DNA of 20,083 bases from Cyanobacteria bacterium P01_D01_bin.156 (GTDB lineage Bacteria; Cyanobacteriota; Cyanobacteriia; Phormidesmidales; Phormidesmidaceae). Both the position numbers and the translations under genes were made by a program. Positions 17,410 through 20,083 of this stretch are shown piece after piece. Each line of letters starts with the position of its first letter. Within the stretch, counting starts at the first letter, position 1. Location of the stretch: assembly GCA_039024555.1 (NCBI GenBank), contig JBCCQQ010000088.1, forward strand, positions 1 to 20,083, read 5' to 3'. Under the pieces are notes generated by a model that was not told the origin of the DNA, did no database searches, and was given only the letters and a program-made list of their open reading frames with translations.

Positions 17410-18183
17410 ATGGGAAAAATGGGCATTCGGGGAGATGGTAAGAGGCTAGCGATCGCAACCTGGCTAGCGATTCTTGGTACCTTGGGGGTAAATACCCTGT
17501 CCAATTTTTTTCCTGTGGATGGTAACACGGTAGCGGACTTGGCCAATGGTCCCCTCGCGGGTGTGTTGATTACACCTGCGAATTACGCCTTTGCCATCTG
17601 GGGAGTCATTTATGTTGGGCTGATTGTCTACGCCTGGTATCAATCTCGTCGTAAATATCGGGGACAGCTGCTGATTCGTCGGATCAATACGTGTTTGATT
17701 GTGGCCTGCGTTGCCCAGATGGTGTGGATCTATCTGTTTACACTGCAGCTTTACTGGTGGTCAGTGGTGGCCATGGTACTGATTTTGTTGCCGCTAATTG
17801 CTGCCTACAGCGAGTTCGAAGATGGCCAAGCCGATCAACGCCGTCGACGCATGGTCCACGGACCCATCAGCATTTATCTGGCCTGGATTTCGGTGGCTAC
17901 AGTGGTGAATATTGCCTCAGCGCTTTATATCAACGGGGTAGCCAATTTGGGGCTGTCTGGTGCGATTTGGACCGCCATTATGGTGGTAGTCGCCAATGCG
18001 ATCGCAATCTTAGCCATTATTAAACGGCGAGATGTGCCGTTTGCCCTGGTTTATATCTGGGCAGATGTGGCGATTGCCCAGCGCCATCAGGACATACCCG
18101 TTATCTGGATTCCAGCCTTGGTCATGGTTTTACCCTTGGTAGGGTTACTGTTGACCCAGCGCTACCCGAGAAAGAGCTGGTAG
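17410..18183 (+). CDS. Tryptophan-rich sensory/TspO-related integral membrane protein
   Basis: About 7-8 TM helices; TPANYAFAIWGVIY and PISIYLAWISVATVVN motifs. Confidence 0.75.
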   Translation: MGKMGIRGDGKRLAIATWLAILGTLGVNTLSNFFPVDGNTVADLANGPLAGVLITPANYAFAIWGVIYVGLIVYAWYQSRRKYRGQLLIRRINTCLIVACVAQMVWIYLFTLQLYWWSVVAMVLILLPLIAAYSEFEDGQADQRRRRMVHGPISIYLAWISVATVVNIASALYINGVANLGLSGAIWTAIMVVVANAIAILAIIKRRDVPFALVYIWADVAIAQRHQDIPVIWIPALVMVLPLVGLLLTQRYPRKSW

Positions 18184-19673
18184 GCTGGGTTGTCGTTTTC
18201 TTCCCAATAGCGATAGCCCAAAGTTTCTAAAAACGCCTGCCACTCGTTCATTTCTTCTGGCGGTACCTGTATGCCGATGACAATACGGCCATAGTCTGCG
18301 CCGTTGTTGCGATAGTGGAACAGGCTGATATTCCAGTTGGGGCTCATGGAGCTGACAAACTTCATTAAAGCTCCTGGACGTTCGGGAAATTCAAATCGGT
18401 ATAGCCGTTCGTTTTTAGCTAGAGCAGAGTGGCCCCCCACCATGTGGCGCAGGTGCATTTTTGTTAGTTCGTCGTTGGTAAGGTCTAGCGTTTTGAAGTT
18501 GTTTTCTTCAAAACGCTCTTTCATGGCAATGGCATCGTTGCGATCGCAAATTTCTAACCCAACAAAAATGTGAGCCTCTGCCTGAGCGGCAATACGGTAG
18601 TTAAACTCCGTTAGATTGCGTTTGCCGATGGTGTCACAAAACCGTTTTAGACTCCCCGGCTCTTCCGGTATGGTGACCGCAAAAATCGCTTCCCGCTGTT
18701 CCCCTAGCTCTGCTCGTTCTGCCACAAACCGCAGGCGGTCAAAGTTCATATTGGCACCACAGGCTACCGCTACCAGAGTCTCATCCTGAATGCCCTGTTG
18801 TTTCACATAGGCTTTTGCCCCAGCAATGGCCAATGCCCCTGCTGGTTCCACAATGGAACGAGTATCCTCAAACACATCCTTAATAGCCGCACAGGTATCG
18901 TCAGTGCCTACTAAAATAATGTCATCAACATACTGCTGACATAGCCAGAAAGTTTCCTCCCCCACCTGGCTTACAGCTACGCCATCGGCAAATAGTCCCA
19001 CCTGACTTAGCTTGACCCGATGCCCCACTTTCAGGGACTGGTACATGGCATCTGCATCTAGCGGTTCGACGCCAATGATTTTAATTTCAGGACGTAACCG
19101 CTTTACATAGGCAGCAATCCCAGAAATTAGACCGCCGCCACCAATGGCCACAAATATGGCATGGATAGGCTGCTGATACTGGCGCAAAATTTCCATGCCG
19201 ATGGTGCCCTGTCCGGCTATTACATCCGGGTCATCAAAGGGATGGACAAAGGTCATGCCCTTTTCCGCCTCTAGCTCACGAGCATGGACATAGGCTTCAT
19301 CAAAGGTTTCACCGTACAGCACCACCTCACCACCACGGGCCTTAACCGCATTGATCTTCACCTCCGGTGTAGTTTCTGGCATGACGATAATGGCGCGGGT
19401 GCATAGTCGTCGTGCGCCCAAGGCCACACCCTGGGCATGGTTGCCTGCCGAGGCTGCGATTACCCCCCGTGCTAGCTTATCGGGCGGCAGTTGGGCCATT
19501 TTGTTATAGGCCCCTCGCAGCTTAAAGGAAAACACCGACTGCATATCTTCCCGCTTGAGGAGCAGCTGATTGCCAAGACGCTTAGACAGATTCGGCGCAA
19601 TTTCCAGGGCCGTTTCCTGGGCAACATCGTACACACGGGCATTGAGAATGCGTTTCAAGTAATCAGCGTGCAT
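18162..19673 (-). CDS. ilvA: Biosynthetic threonine ammonia-lyase (threonine deaminase) with two C-terminal regulatory domains
   Basis: LKREDMQSVFSFKLRGAYNK (PLP lysine), ASAGNHAQG, IGGGGL and FEFPERPGAL. ATG at 19673 preferred over 19706. Confidence 0.97.
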   Translation of the reverse strand: MHADYLKRILNARVYDVAQETALEIAPNLSKRLGNQLLLKREDMQSVFSFKLRGAYNKMAQLPPDKLARGVIAASAGNHAQGVALGARRLCTRAIIVMPETTPEVKINAVKARGGEVVLYGETFDEAYVHARELEAEKGMTFVHPFDDPDVIAGQGTIGMEILRQYQQPIHAIFVAIGGGGLISGIAAYVKRLRPEIKIIGVEPLDADAMYQSLKVGHRVKLSQVGLFADGVAVSQVGEETFWLCQQYVDDIILVGTDDTCAAIKDVFEDTRSIVEPAGALAIAGAKAYVKQQGIQDETLVAVACGANMNFDRLRFVAERAELGEQREAIFAVTIPEEPGSLKRFCDTIGKRNLTEFNYRIAAQAEAHIFVGLEICDRNDAIAMKERFEENNFKTLDLTNDELTKMHLRHMVGGHSALAKNERLYRFEFPERPGALMKFVSSMSPNWNISLFHYRNNGADYGRIVIGIQVPPEEMNEWQAFLETLGYRYWEENDNPAYQLFLG

Positions 19674-19895
19674 TGGAGTGGCGGTAGAACATGGTTTACA
19701 GTCCACCTTTAATCAAACCATATAGGACGGTGCTGATCCGTTGTCTGGTATTGCTAGTCGAATAGTTTGTTGGGGCAAAGGGATATTAAAGCATTGTGTA
19801 ACACCCCTTGTTTCACGGTGGCATGTTTTATGATTCCCTAGTCGTAGACCAATGCCAACCGCTCTGCATTTATCTCAGAGGAGGTGACTAATGCC

Positions 19896-19946
19896 ATGTT
19901 AACGGAACTCCAAACTCGAAAGCTGCTGAAATTGTTCTGTATGTAG
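19896..19946 (+). pseudogene. Truncated gene start resembling the N-terminus of cyanobacterial EF-hand calcium-binding proteins
   Basis: Strong RBS gaggaggtg (19878-19886), then MLTELQTRKLLKLFCM*. The stop falls where Y-D of the first EF loop is expected and coincides with an IS/MITE-like end. Confidence 0.55.
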
Positions 19947-20045
19947 GGTTTGCTGAAAAACTGAATAGAAATCTCAGGGGTTATCCCATCGCCCAGACAG
20001 GGTCAGTAGTCCCTTTCCTAGAGGCAAGGATTTTCAGCCAGTCCT
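19945..20045. mobile_element. Possible MITE or IS end (about 100 bp, imperfect terminal inverted repeats)
   Basis: agggtttgctgaaaa (19945-19959) and ttttcagccagtcct (20031-20045) pair at 12/15 positions. No transposase is visible in the window. Confidence 0.45.
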
Positions 20046-20083
20046 TGCATAGCGTTTCTGTAAAGGGACACATATTCGTCTGA

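Overview
Chromosomal window from a filamentous cyanobacterium. It has 8 HIP1 GCGATCGC octamers, hetR and hps genes; the divergent HetR suggests a non-heterocystous, Leptolyngbya-like lineage, which is an inference. Left to right: the 3' end of a highly repetitive WD40 gene; a nested palindromic element; a DUF559 nuclease; YdcF/DUF218; a TerB-like/Mo-nitro_C protein; an FAD oxidoreductase; a small secreted PatX-type peptide with four RGSGR motifs directly upstream of hetR; two long perfect hairpins; two hypotheticals; csaB; DUF2499/DUF3593; SelO/YdiU; hpsJ; deoC; GT2-GT2-hpsU; a TspO-like membrane protein; ilvA; and a probable EF-hand gene start truncated at an IS/MITE-like end. The most interesting parts are (1) the four-motif PatX next to a HetR with Ser at the position of the PatS-contact residue E254, (2) the WD40 array with homogenised repeats and hypervariable positions, and (3) the DUF559-linked palindrome whose arms encode the C-termini of both flanking genes.
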